Positions 27,419 to 36,758 of a stretch of DNA of 64,000 nucleotides are shown here, one piece after another. Below the pieces are notes generated by a model. That model was not told where the DNA came from and searched no databases. It saw only the letters and a program-made list of their open reading frames with translations. The stretch covers positions 197,373 through 261,372 of the forward strand of contig JBBTQW010000002.1 of assembly GCA_038065495.1 (NCBI GenBank). The letters run 5' to 3'. Both the position numbers and the translations under genes were made by a program. Source of the DNA: Patescibacteria group bacterium (GTDB taxonomy: Bacteria > Patescibacteriota > Minisyncoccia > Phycocordibacterales > JACOZG01). The stretch's first letter is position 1; each line of letters starts with the position of its first letter.

Positions 27419-29218
27419 TTAATTCTGCGAGCTGATCATCTTGAGGAAAACCTCCGGCGGGATATTAACCGAGCCGCGGGCCTGCATCTTTTTCTTCCCC
27501 TTTTTCTGCTTCTCGCGGAGCTTCATCTTGCGGGTAATATCACCGCCATACAAGTAATCTGTGACGTCTTTCCTTAACGCTGATAAGCTCCGCGCGGCGA
27601 TGATTCGCCCAAGCGCTTGCGCTTGCAGTTTGATCGTAATCAACTGGCGCGGCATCAGCTCTTCCAACTTCTCCACCACCGCTTGCGCTTCGTGTTCCAC
27701 CTTCGCCCGCGAAACAACTTTACAGAACGGCGCCACAATCTCGCCATTTACTAAAACATCTAAGCGCACCACTTCCGCCGGCCGCAGGCCGATCAACTGA
27801 TAAGAAAAAGAAGCGAAGCCGGATGAGACGCTTTTTAATTCATCAAAAAAATGACGCATCAATTCGCGCAACGGTAGCTCTATTTCTAGTTTTGATCTGT
27901 CATCGCTAAAATTCTCTGTCGTGATTAAATTTACTTCGTGATCGTTAAAGAGCCTAATCACATTTCCCAAATAGCTTGGCGGCAAAATAATGGAAGCACG
28001 CAACCACGGCTCGCGAATCTCATACTCGTGCGTGTCGCTGGGGAAGAGTGATGGCGAATAAATCATTTTAGTTTCATCAGTTTGTGTATTTTTTACTTCA
28101 TAACCAATGCTCGGCGTGGTCACGACCAAACTCAGATCAAATTCGCGCTTCAAGCGTTCTACTATTATTTCTAAGTGCAATAAACCAAGAAAGCCGGCTC
28201 TAAATCCTCGCCCCAAAGTTCCCGAAGATTCTTCGTTGAAGGATAGCGCCGCGTCGGATAATCTTAGTCTTTCTAAAGACTGCCGAAGTAGCACAAAATC
28301 ATCAGCATTCTCCGGATAGAGCGATGCCCACACAACTGGTTTAGGCTCGCTGTAGCCAGCCACCGCTGGCAGAGAATGCGCCACGCTGGTAACCGTATCG
28401 CCCACCCGCGCCGTGCCCGCGCGCTTCACACCCGTCACAATGTAACCGATCTCGCCGGCTGATAACTTAGCTAATGGCTTCTTCTCCGGCATAAACGAGC
28501 CGACTTCCAGCACCGTAAACTTCTCACCCGTGGCGCGGAACATCAATTGCTCGCCCTTCTTGATTTCGCCATCAAATAATCTAGCGTAAATAATCACGCC
28601 CTGATGTGTTGAGTAAGAAAAATCAAAAATTAAAGCTCTGGGATTAGTACCAGGGAATTCTAGCGTTGGCGCCGGAATTTTCGCCACAATTTCCGTCAGC
28701 AATTCCGCCACACCGGCGCCAGTCTTGCCCGAGACTTTCATAATCTCTGCTGATTCACATTTCAACAAATCCATAATTTCCTGCTCAGTCTCAGTCACTC
28801 GCGCCGCATCAGAATCAATTTTGTTGATCACCGGTATGATTTTTAAACCTAAATCACGCGCCAGATTTAGCACCGTAAAAGTCTGCGCTTGCACACCTTG
28901 CGTGGCGTCCACCAAGAGCAAAACTCCTTCCACGGCTTGTAGTGCGCGCGAAACTTCGTAAGAGAAATCGATGTGTCCGGGCGTGTCTATCAGATTTAAT
29001 AAATATTCTTCGCTATTTTGTACATACTTCATTCGCACTGGTTGCATCTTAATCGTGATTCCCCGCTCGCGTTCCAAGTCCATCATATCCAGCACTTGCG
29101 CGCGCATCTTGCGCTTCTCGATCGTATGCGTCACTTCTAAGAGCCGATCAGCGAGCGTGCTCTTGCCGTGATCGATGTGCGCGATGATAGAAAAATTCCT
29201 GATATTCTTTAGTTCCAT
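27419..29218 (-). CDS. lepA: Elongation factor 4 (LepA)
   Basis: 599 aa. G1 AHIDHGKST, DTPGHIDF, NKID. Unique LepA C-terminal domain. Confidence 0.95.
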   Translation of the reverse strand: MELKNIRNFSIIAHIDHGKSTLADRLLEVTHTIEKRKMRAQVLDMMDLERERGITIKMQPVRMKYVQNSEEYLLNLIDTPGHIDFSYEVSRALQAVEGVLLLVDATQGVQAQTFTVLNLARDLGLKIIPVINKIDSDAARVTETEQEIMDLLKCESAEIMKVSGKTGAGVAELLTEIVAKIPAPTLEFPGTNPRALIFDFSYSTHQGVIIYARLFDGEIKKGEQLMFRATGEKFTVLEVGSFMPEKKPLAKLSAGEIGYIVTGVKRAGTARVGDTVTSVAHSLPAVAGYSEPKPVVWASLYPENADDFVLLRQSLERLRLSDAALSFNEESSGTLGRGFRAGFLGLLHLEIIVERLKREFDLSLVVTTPSIGYEVKNTQTDETKMIYSPSLFPSDTHEYEIREPWLRASIILPPSYLGNVIRLFNDHEVNLITTENFSDDRSKLEIELPLRELMRHFFDELKSVSSGFASFSYQLIGLRPAEVVRLDVLVNGEIVAPFCKVVSRAKVEHEAQAVVEKLEELMPRQLITIKLQAQALGRIIAARSLSALRKDVTDYLYGGDITRKMKLREKQKKGKKKMQARGSVNIPPEVFLKMISSQN

Positions 29219-29331
29219 ATGTTAAATTGTTATCAAACTCTACAGTAAAACCAGAAAAAAGCAAAAATTTAGACAAAAAAAGAACGCCGCTTGCCTCGTG
29301 AGAGACAAACGACGTTAGATGGGTAGATTCA

Positions 29332-29571
29332 TCAGAACAGAAGAATCACGGGAGCAAATTCAGCGATCCGAGCAAGCCTCCCCGTTATATTCTCCACGGC
29401 GTTCATGCTGTTGTCCGCGGGGCGAGTTTCATCTAATTTGGTGTAGATGTTAGAGCCACCACGAAAACCAAGTGCAGATTTTGGAGGAGGTGTAAAAATA
29501 AACTTCTGCCCAGAACGCAAATCTTGGAATTCCAGGGGAGCCAATTTTGACTTCCTTGTTTTCTTGGCCAT
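29332..29571 (-). CDS. Hypothetical 79-aa basic protein driven by copy 2 of the promoter-leader module
   Basis: ATG at 29571 with AAGGAG 6 nt upstream (MAKKTRKSKLAPLEF...). The ORF-track GTG start at 29586 is less likely. No family recognised. Confidence 0.5.
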   Translation of the reverse strand: MAKKTRKSKLAPLEFQDLRSGQKFIFTPPPKSALGFRGGSNIYTKLDETRPADNSMNAVENITGRLARIAEFAPVILLF

Positions 29572-29675
29572 GTTTTCTCCTTTCACGAGAAATACTTAAT
29601 TGATTGTCAAAGTGCCACATTAGCACTCCAACCCCCATTATATACCTATCAAGTCTATTTGTCAAGTGTTTTTAT
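29572..29675 (-). promoter_or_regulatory. Copy 2 of the duplicated consensus promoter + leader module (minus strand)
   Basis: Minus-strand TTGACA at 29665-29660 and TATAAT at 29642-29637. The leader TATAATGGGGGTTGGAGTGCTAATGTGGCACTTTGACAA matches 17756-17795 with about four mismatches or indels. Confidence 0.7.
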
Positions 29676-29795
29676 GTGATTTTTAGAGAAAATGGCTCAA
29701 CAGAGCCACATAACCCCCTTAATCCCCCTTATTTTAAGGGGGAAACTACTAAACACATTTTTTCTTGCTCCCCCTTAGAGTAAGGGGGTCGGGGG

Positions 29796-31475
29796 TTAAG
29801 ATAATTCCGGATCCGGTCCTACAATCTGCGAGCCCCAAATCTTGTGGTGGAAAGTCCGCCAGATTTCGCGTAATTCGGCGCTCTTCATGAGATAGAGCAC
29901 AAGTACTCCAGCCACAATGCCACCGATGCCAGCCAAGAAGCCTTGCAGGAAGATCCCCCAGAACGTATTGAGGTCAAGAACTGTGCTGAAAAAGTTTAAG
30001 CCGAGATATGCCACGCCACCGGCCATAATACTGGCCGAGAAACTGTGCCAGAAAGTCCGCAAAACTGGCTTAGAGAATTCCGGGCAATCGTGGTGGAAGG
30101 CACGCCAATGCGTGAGCAGGTTGATAAATAATCCAAGAGCAAAGGCGAGCGGCAACATCAAGACTTCCGCACCAGCCACATCATCAACTTTCAAGAGATC
30201 GGTGATAAAGTAACGGAAAAGGGAAACCGTGCGGAAGAGGTGAACTAACAAGTAACTAGCGCTAATTATAATTACAGCAGAAATTAAATTTAATAAAAAA
30301 GGCTTCCACGTCTGACTGCGCGAGTAATAAGCACGCACAAATAAGAGGGAGAGTGATTGCGGCACGAGTGATAAAACAAACAGTGCCAGCGCGGCGGCCG
30401 TGAGACGGGTATCAGACCAATCAAAGTTACCAGAACCAAGCAAAGTGCGCACGATCTGCGCGCGGAGGACGATAAAGAGCACGGCAACGGGCAGAGTCCA
30501 GAAGATGATGTGTTGCGCGCTGGTGATCATCTGTTTAGCAAATTTAGCGTGATCGCCACTAGAAAATAATCTGGTTAAAGTGGGGAAAGCCGCGAGCGAA
30601 TAAGAAACACCGATGATGGAGAGCGGCACGCTCTGGAGATTGAAGGCAAAGCTAAAAACAGAAATGGAGCCAGCCGAGAGCGCGGCGGCCAGCGAGATGA
30701 GAAAGAGTTTGGCTAGTTCATTGGCAGATAGAGTGAGTGTACGTGGTAGTGAGATTAAGACAACGCGCCTGATCGAACTCCAAGAAAAATTAAACTCAAA
30801 TCGTGGCCAGAAGCCGCTCTTAACCACAAATGGTACCTGCACCAGGCAATGCAAGAGCGCGCCACCAGCCACACCCCAAGCGAGACCCGGCAAACCAAAG
30901 CGTGGATAGAGCAAAATAATGCCTAAGATTATGCCTAAATTATACAAGAGTGGCGAGAGCGCATAGATCAAGAAACGCTGATAAACTTGCGTGACACTGG
31001 CGAGAAAATTGGACAAGCCAAGTAGGATTGGCGAGAGTAAAATGATACGCGACATACTGATCAAATCAGCAAAGGCTGGATCGGCGAGATAATGCGGAAA
31101 AAGTTTAGCCACTAGGACCGGCATCAAGAAAAACGCGAGTAAACAAACAGCACTGATCATCAAGAAAAAGAAAGAAAAAAGTTGCGAGAGAAATTCTCGC
31201 GCTTCGCCCTCTGATTTATTTATTTTTTCTAGTAAGAACGGGATTAAAACAGAAAGTGAAACAATCGAGCCAAGTGAAACAAAGATGAAATCGGGGATCC
31301 GGAAGGCCGCGTAGTAGAGATCCAGCGCGTGCGAAGCGCCAAAGGTATGCGCCAGCAAGCGGTCGCGGCCAAGCGCCAGCACTTGCGAGAGAAAAGCAAA
31401 AAAACCCAAGAGATAGGCTGCCTCGTGCAAACCACTCCACTCCCGACTCAATAAGTTCCAGACTTTCTTGACCAT
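29796..31475 (-). CDS. murJ: Lipid II flippase MurJ (MviN)
   Basis: 559 aa with ~14 transmembrane helices. N-terminal motif LGRDRLLAHTFGAS...DLYYAAFRIPDF is characteristic of MurJ. Confidence 0.88.
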   Translation of the reverse strand: MVKKVWNLLSREWSGLHEAAYLLGFFAFLSQVLALGRDRLLAHTFGASHALDLYYAAFRIPDFIFVSLGSIVSLSVLIPFLLEKINKSEGEAREFLSQLFSFFFLMISAVCLLAFFLMPVLVAKLFPHYLADPAFADLISMSRIILLSPILLGLSNFLASVTQVYQRFLIYALSPLLYNLGIILGIILLYPRFGLPGLAWGVAGGALLHCLVQVPFVVKSGFWPRFEFNFSWSSIRRVVLISLPRTLTLSANELAKLFLISLAAALSAGSISVFSFAFNLQSVPLSIIGVSYSLAAFPTLTRLFSSGDHAKFAKQMITSAQHIIFWTLPVAVLFIVLRAQIVRTLLGSGNFDWSDTRLTAAALALFVLSLVPQSLSLLFVRAYYSRSQTWKPFLLNLISAVIIISASYLLVHLFRTVSLFRYFITDLLKVDDVAGAEVLMLPLAFALGLFINLLTHWRAFHHDCPEFSKPVLRTFWHSFSASIMAGGVAYLGLNFFSTVLDLNTFWGIFLQGFLAGIGGIVAGVLVLYLMKSAELREIWRTFHHKIWGSQIVGPDPELS

Positions 31476-31504
31476 TTGATTTTAGTTTGGTGGTTAAATG
31501 GTAG

Positions 31505-31537
31505 CAAAAATCCCCGCCTTAAGCGAGGATTTTTGAC
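31505..31537. terminator. Bidirectional intrinsic terminator (aaaaatccccgcc-ttaa-ggcgaggattttt)
   Basis: Hairpin flanked by A5 on one side and T5 on the other. On the minus strand it directly follows the 3' end of rnpB. Confidence 0.7.
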
Positions 31538-31540
31538 TTT

Positions 31541-31872
31541 GCTGGCCCGGCGCTCATAAGCCGAATTCTGTTTAAATAGTTATTTATCTGGGGCCGATGT
31601 TACCATCGAGCCTCTAGCGGCACTCTCGCGACTCTTGCGAATCGGAGCACGACCTTGCACGCGCGTATGGATTTAGCCGTTTCACCCTTCGACTTCGCTC
31701 AGGGCAAGCCCCAAACTTGGCCGAAGACTCGTCTCTGTTCGCACCACAACTCTTGCGAGCGATGGGAATTACCCACTACGTTTAATCTGCTAATAAAAGC
31801 AAACTGCGTGTTCGGACTTTCCTCTCCAATTATCTCGTGAGAAATAACTAGAGCAACTATCCGGCACCGGGC
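31541..31872 (-). ncRNA. rnpB: RNase P RNA (rnpB), bacterial type A, about 330 nt
   Basis: Minus strand carries GGAAAGUCCG (CR-I, from 31821-31812), GAAGGGUGAAACGGC (CR-II, 31697-31676) and ACAGAAUUCGGCUUAUGAGC (CR-V, 31570-31551). P1 pairs 5'-GCCCGGUGC with 3'-GCGCCGGGC. No ORF in the 400-nt gap between nrdJ and murJ. Followed by a terminator. Confidence 0.85.
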
Positions 31873-31880
31873 CACTCCTA

Positions 31881-34214
31881 CTATACCACAACTTGGGAAC
31901 TAGCGCCATCGGCCGGCACAATGTCGATCTCACAAGTACCAGAAGCGCAGGCTAGCTCTTTCTTCACTTCCGTATTATCTTCGCCCTCGTACAAAACTAA
32001 TTTAGAAAAATCAATTGGTGGGAATTTTTTACTTAACTCATTATATTGCTCTTCCGTAATCGCCTCATACGGTGCCAGACGATAAACGTGATTAGATCGC
32101 GGCAAGAACGAGAGTCCACCGATCATGTCCCAGTTCTCATAGACCCAATTACCCACGCGCAACCATTCGTCCTCGCCCACCGAGATAGTAGTAGACGGAT
32201 TGTGGTCAGTATAATTCTCTTTCACCATCTTCCAATACTCCAATTGCTCGAGTGCAGTGAGATCATCTTTGTAAACTTTGCTCTTGGGCGCCTTGATCGG
32301 AAATTCTAAGACAAAAGTGGTGGCCGTGGCTGGATCGTGACCAACCTCCGGATTGTACGGCACGCCCATGTCCTTGAGCATGCGGAAGATCGGATTGTGG
32401 CTCTCGATGCGCACGCGACGGATGTAATAAGGCGAGTGCCGAGGATGCATGCCGGAAGAAGAATCAAAGAGTTGCGAGCCATTACCGGACGGCTTAACGG
32501 TCGTGATGCAAGTGGAGCGATTGATACCAAAGCGCTCGGCATAACGGCGATTAGTCTCCAGCGCCACTTCGCGCAATTTGCGGAAGACGATCGGATTGCG
32601 GAGCGCCGGTGCATCCCACTGGCCAGTGATGGAGACGCCCAAGAGCGCTTCTTCCTCACAATTCTGCTTCCACTCTTTGGATAAATAAGGAAACTTAGTA
32701 AGCGTGGCCTGATAAGTGCCGAGAATCGTGGCAATCCGGACTTTTTCCATCAAGCTCTCTTCTGTGTCCTCCGGTCGGGCCACGACTTCGGTAAGATTAC
32801 AAAACTGCTTGCTCTTGAGCACGATTTCGCCACAAGGATTGGTGCCGGAGGTATCTTTATCTTTCTCAAAAATCTTCCAGCGTCTCGTAGGCAACTGCGC
32901 TTTCAATCCACCACGGTTAAAAATTCCTCTCTCGCCCGAGCCACTTTTGGCCAAGTTGATCCATTCGTCTAAGAACTGATCCATTGTCGGCTTTTCGTTA
33001 TAAGCCACGGAATTATTAGCCATGCTCCGTTGCGGCTGGTTGAGATAAAACTGCCCATTCTTGGCCGAGCGCATTTCGGCATCATCCAGATCTGAAAGGG
33101 AAATTAAAGCCGAGCGGCGGACCCCGCCAGCCACCACCACCTCACCAATTTTACAAATAATATCGTGGGCATCGATCGTCTTGAGTCGCCGACCTTGGCG
33201 CGCCAACACTCGCTCGCGGGCAAAGTTGAGCAAACTACGCAATGGATCCGGGCCGGAAGAGCGTCCGCCCATCGTCTTGAGCCGGGCACCGCGGGGCCGT
33301 AATTGCGAATAATCAAAAATCACGTCATTGCCGGATGACCAAACCTTGAGACCGTGCACCAGCGCATCGGCCCAGCCCTCGGCGCTATCCGGCACCACGT
33401 AGGTGCTTGGCTTAGCACCAGTTTGGCGTTTGATAATCGGCAACTGGCCGACTGTCTGCTCTTCGACCGAGTAGCCAATCCCCGTGCCACGCATCAAGAT
33501 GTAAATAATTTCGCCAAAGTCTTGCCATGCCGAAGGCGCGATGTAAGCGCAGTTATAAGCCGCCACATTAGAGCTCGATGCCGCCTTACCCGCGAACTGT
33601 AATAAGCGCATCGAGCCAAGCGCCTTCATCCCCAACATGTACTCGCGCACTTCTTCGTATTCTTTAGCCTTCAACTTATCGCCCAGATTGGTCTGCATAA
33701 AGTCGATGTAACGCTGCACCGTCTCGACCCAAGTCTCGCGGCGGTTTTTATCCTCCAACCAACGCGAGTAAGTCGTGTAATAAACATATTCGGATAACTG
33801 ATTGCGAAAGTATTGTTTGCTCTCGGTGGCCAGATCGCGCACTTCTTTGGGCACTTCGCCTTTCTCGCGGCGCACTTCGGCCCGACGTTCGCGGTACAGA
33901 ATGTACGCTTTGGCGACTTTGGCAAAGTTGTGGGCAATTAATTGCTTCTCCACCAAGTCCTGCACGCCTTCTACCGTGGGCAAATAAGTTTTGCCGACTT
34001 TTTTCGCTTCGGCTTGCAAATCACGCGCCACGCCGCGCGCTACTTGCGCGGCAGACTTCTCATCACCTTCGCCAGAGGCCTTCATTGCCTTGCTCACCGC
34101 CACCGCGATCCGCTTTTCCTCAAACAGCACAACCGAACCGTCACGTTTCTTGATTTGCTTGAAAAACTTCACAGACTTTGACGACTTTTTGGCAACGGTG
34201 GTGGCTTTAGGCAT
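31881..34214 (-). CDS. nrdJ: Class II adenosylcobalamin-dependent ribonucleoside-diphosphate/triphosphate reductase (NrdJ) with N-terminal ATP-cone
   Basis: 777 aa. ATP-cone (VKFFKQIKKRDGSVVLFEEKRIAVAV). RNR class II core with NPCGEI active-site thiyl Cys and C-terminal Cys pair. Confidence 0.88.
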   Translation of the reverse strand: MPKATTVAKKSSKSVKFFKQIKKRDGSVVLFEEKRIAVAVSKAMKASGEGDEKSAAQVARGVARDLQAEAKKVGKTYLPTVEGVQDLVEKQLIAHNFAKVAKAYILYRERRAEVRREKGEVPKEVRDLATESKQYFRNQLSEYVYYTTYSRWLEDKNRRETWVETVQRYIDFMQTNLGDKLKAKEYEEVREYMLGMKALGSMRLLQFAGKAASSSNVAAYNCAYIAPSAWQDFGEIIYILMRGTGIGYSVEEQTVGQLPIIKRQTGAKPSTYVVPDSAEGWADALVHGLKVWSSGNDVIFDYSQLRPRGARLKTMGGRSSGPDPLRSLLNFARERVLARQGRRLKTIDAHDIICKIGEVVVAGGVRRSALISLSDLDDAEMRSAKNGQFYLNQPQRSMANNSVAYNEKPTMDQFLDEWINLAKSGSGERGIFNRGGLKAQLPTRRWKIFEKDKDTSGTNPCGEIVLKSKQFCNLTEVVARPEDTEESLMEKVRIATILGTYQATLTKFPYLSKEWKQNCEEEALLGVSITGQWDAPALRNPIVFRKLREVALETNRRYAERFGINRSTCITTVKPSGNGSQLFDSSSGMHPRHSPYYIRRVRIESHNPIFRMLKDMGVPYNPEVGHDPATATTFVLEFPIKAPKSKVYKDDLTALEQLEYWKMVKENYTDHNPSTTISVGEDEWLRVGNWVYENWDMIGGLSFLPRSNHVYRLAPYEAITEEQYNELSKKFPPIDFSKLVLYEGEDNTEVKKELACASGTCEIDIVPADGASSQVVV

Positions 34215-34304
34215 GTTTAAACAGTAAAAATAAATTAATAAAATTCTCGATTATTTCTTCCTCATTTTAGACTAAAAACCCGCAAAATAAAAACAGTGGA
34301 TAAC

Positions 34305-35078
34305 TTAACTATTTCCCAACTTTTGTTGCAAAAAGTGAATAGCGCCGTGCAAACCACCAAAATCGCCCAGTTCGGCTTTCTTAATCTCCGGTTTTTGCGA
34401 CAGGTGACTGGGAATAGCCCGGAAATACTGCTCTGTGAGCTCGAGATCAATCGCTGGTTGGCCGGTAATCATGCTCCCGCCCAGCACAATCCGCTCTGGC
34501 GACCAATAAGCCGTCAGATTATGCAAACCCAGCGCCAAATGCCGTGCCAGTTGGTCCCAGATCGCCAGATCAGTCACCTCTTTGGCTGGTTTGCCAAATT
34601 TCTGCTCCAAACTCCGGCCAGACACTAGCTCTTCTAGAGTTCTAATTTCGCTATCTAAACTAATTATTTCCTGACCAGGCTCAAAACTGTTCACTTTTTC
34701 GTCCAATTTCCCAGCCGTTACGCGCGCGCCGCCCACGCCCGTGCTAACAGTGAGATAAGCCACGATATTCGCTCCTCGTCCGGCGCCAGCATGCGCCTCG
34801 CCAAGGGCCGCCAGTGCCGCATCGTTATCGAGATAAACTGGACAAGCAAATAATTTCGCGATTTCTAGTTTTACTTTTTCGTGTTTGCCCGTTACGCCGC
34901 CAGCAACTGCCTCTGGTGCTTCACTATTTAATAATTCTGTGACAGCTTGAGAAAAAACAGTTAGCAATTCAGCATCATCCACCGGGCTAGCCAAAACTTT
35001 CGGCTCAGAAAAAGTTTTTAAGTCACGCGAAACTGCTAATCTCATTTTAGTCCCGCCGATGTCGAAAATTAGATACAT
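34305..35078 (-). CDS. ROK family sugar kinase (glucokinase-like)
   Basis: 257 aa. N-terminal ATPase motif LIFDIGGTKMRLAV, LDNDAALAALGE, GTGVGG-like TVSTGVGGARV. Confidence 0.75.
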   Translation of the reverse strand: MYLIFDIGGTKMRLAVSRDLKTFSEPKVLASPVDDAELLTVFSQAVTELLNSEAPEAVAGGVTGKHEKVKLEIAKLFACPVYLDNDAALAALGEAHAGAGRGANIVAYLTVSTGVGGARVTAGKLDEKVNSFEPGQEIISLDSEIRTLEELVSGRSLEQKFGKPAKEVTDLAIWDQLARHLALGLHNLTAYWSPERIVLGGSMITGQPAIDLELTEQYFRAIPSHLSQKPEIKKAELGDFGGLHGAIHFLQQKLGNS

Positions 35079-35114
35079 GATTTTAGTTTTAGTTTATAAT
35101 AGAATAGAGTAAAT

Positions 35115-35435
35115 ATGGACCCACAGCAACTTATCGACTTTGTACGGCGACAACTGGTGCAAGGCAAAACGCGCGAAGAAATTGAGTGGACCCTGCGCCT
35201 CAATCGCGCCAGTGATAAAGAAGTGGCAATCGCCTTCAATGCCGCGGAGTGGCAGAAAAACCAAAACTTGCCCATACCGGTAGCGCGACCACAGTCAAAT
35301 CACAATCTAATCTGGCTCACAATTTTGCTTTTACTAATTTTGATCATTATTGCTGCCGCGACTTTTCTTGTATTATTCCGCCCAGAACTCGCCGAGCAGC
35401 TAACTAATCAGTTTTTTAAACTCTTCGACTACTAG
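35115..35435 (+). CDS. Hypothetical small membrane protein
   Basis: 106 aa. Soluble N-terminal domain, then one transmembrane helix (IWLTILLLLILIIIAAATFLVLF). Confidence 0.4.
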   Translation: MDPQQLIDFVRRQLVQGKTREEIEWTLRLNRASDKEVAIAFNAAEWQKNQNLPIPVARPQSNHNLIWLTILLLLILIIIAAATFLVLFRPELAEQLTNQFFKLFDY

Positions 35436-36338
35436 CACTGGCTCTGGTTCGCGGCCATTTAGTTTGGCAAGCTGCAATGCCGTCCAATTAGCCAAAATCA
35501 TCGAGTGAAATATTTTGCTCCAGACTGTGGCGCCAGCTAATTCTATAACCTCTGTATTTAAATTTTTACTTTTATACAGTTCCACTATTTTATCTAAACT
35601 TTTTGTGATTCTAGCATCGTCGCCGGTTTCGTCGCGCAAAAAGATAAAATAAAAATTCTGACCACTAAAGTCGCTTTCTAGCTCATTGTGATCAAGTTCC
35701 GGACAAGCATTAGCGTAAGCTGGAGTTTTGCCAGTTTCGTTACAAGCAATCTTCCAGTGATAAGCTAAATTATAATTTTTATTAGAACTGTAAATCACCG
35801 GAATTCGCTCCCGCAATTTGGCACCCAGCGCCTCACCCATGGCCTCCAGCGAGGCGGCGGCTAGCACAGTAGTACTCAAGGTTGCTAGCATTTTTTCGTC
35901 ACTCATCAGCGCCCCCAGAGCCTTGCAGGCATAGCCCAGCGCCATCCGCGGCTGCAAGCCAGCTGACAAAACCACGTGCGCGAGATTATTACTCTTCGCC
36001 CAGTCTAGAAGTTCTCCACCAGTCGCAATCACTGCCAGATTCAAACCCCGCGCTAGCGCTTCGCGACCAGCATCCAGCACTTCCGCCGTATTGCCCGAAT
36101 AAGAACTCAAGATAATTAAACTCTCACGCAAGAAATATTCCGGCACTCTGGGCAAGCCATAATCTCGGTGAATCAGTAAATCCAGATTTGGTTCGGCCAC
36201 CTTGAGCAAACCCGCCGCCAGCGCCGAGCCGCCCAAACCACAAACAATAAATTTATTAGTTTTAAATAACTCGCCACTATTTTCCACCACCGGCGGCCAA
36301 TCAAGTTGCTTGGCAAAATTTCTGATTTGTTCTTGCAT
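35400..36338 (-). CDS. Bifunctional phosphoglucose/phosphomannose isomerase (SIS domain, archaeal-type PGI/PMI)
   Basis: 312 aa. SIS motifs FIVCGLGGSALAAGLL and VIYSSNKNYNLAYHWKIACNETGK. Family consistent with PGI/PMI. Confidence 0.7.
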   Translation of the reverse strand: MQEQIRNFAKQLDWPPVVENSGELFKTNKFIVCGLGGSALAAGLLKVAEPNLDLLIHRDYGLPRVPEYFLRESLIILSSYSGNTAEVLDAGREALARGLNLAVIATGGELLDWAKSNNLAHVVLSAGLQPRMALGYACKALGALMSDEKMLATLSTTVLAAASLEAMGEALGAKLRERIPVIYSSNKNYNLAYHWKIACNETGKTPAYANACPELDHNELESDFSGQNFYFIFLRDETGDDARITKSLDKIVELYKSKNLNTEVIELAGATVWSKIFHSMILANWTALQLAKLNGREPEPVLVVEEFKKLIS

Positions 36339-36475
36339 ATTTAATTTAATTATAAACTATTTACGAGTTAGTCACAGTTGACAAGATTTAACAAAAGAGT
36401 AAACTGTACCCCCAGTGGGGGCGTAGCACATTTCTATTTTCTTTTTTCACTTCTTTTTTGCAAGGAGGATCGAGT

Positions 36476-36691
36476 ATGTTGCCGGTCAGGATTGGCGATC
36501 ACGTTAGCCTCAACAAAAAGGCGTTGCGCGGAGTCGAATTGAGCCACATCAAGAAACTTGTCGGGGGTAAAGGAGACTTAAAAAATCTCCGGGTCACAAA
36601 AGTCATTCCGGAAAAGGAGAAAGTCGCTGTTCGGGTGGCGGGACGCGAGTTTACGGTTCCTGTTTCCACGCTCGTTCCGTGTTCGTGCTGA
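36476..36691 (+). CDS. Hypothetical small protein (72 aa)
   Basis: Upstream promoter TTGACA-N17-TAAACT. AAGGAGG RBS 6 nt before ATG (MLPVRIGDHV...). Followed by a strong terminator. Confidence 0.5.
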   Translation: MLPVRIGDHVSLNKKALRGVELSHIKKLVGGKGDLKNLRVTKVIPEKEKVAVRVAGREFTVPVSTLVPCSC

Positions 36692-36727
36692 CCAACCGAA
36701 GATTCAGAAAAAAGAAACACAGACCAC

Positions 36728-36758
36728 GACCGGACGAGCATGCTCGTCCGGTTTTTTT
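36728..36758. terminator. Intrinsic terminator (cggacgagca/tgctcgtccg perfect 10-bp palindrome + T7)
   Basis: Perfect inverted repeat followed by gttttttt. Serves the plus-strand small gene and lies just beyond the typA stop on the minus strand. Confidence 0.85.

Noticed and set aside
34215-34304. NrdR box upstream of nrdJ
   Set aside because: No 16-bp palindromic ACACwAtATaTwGTGT-like pair is present in the 90-nt upstream region.
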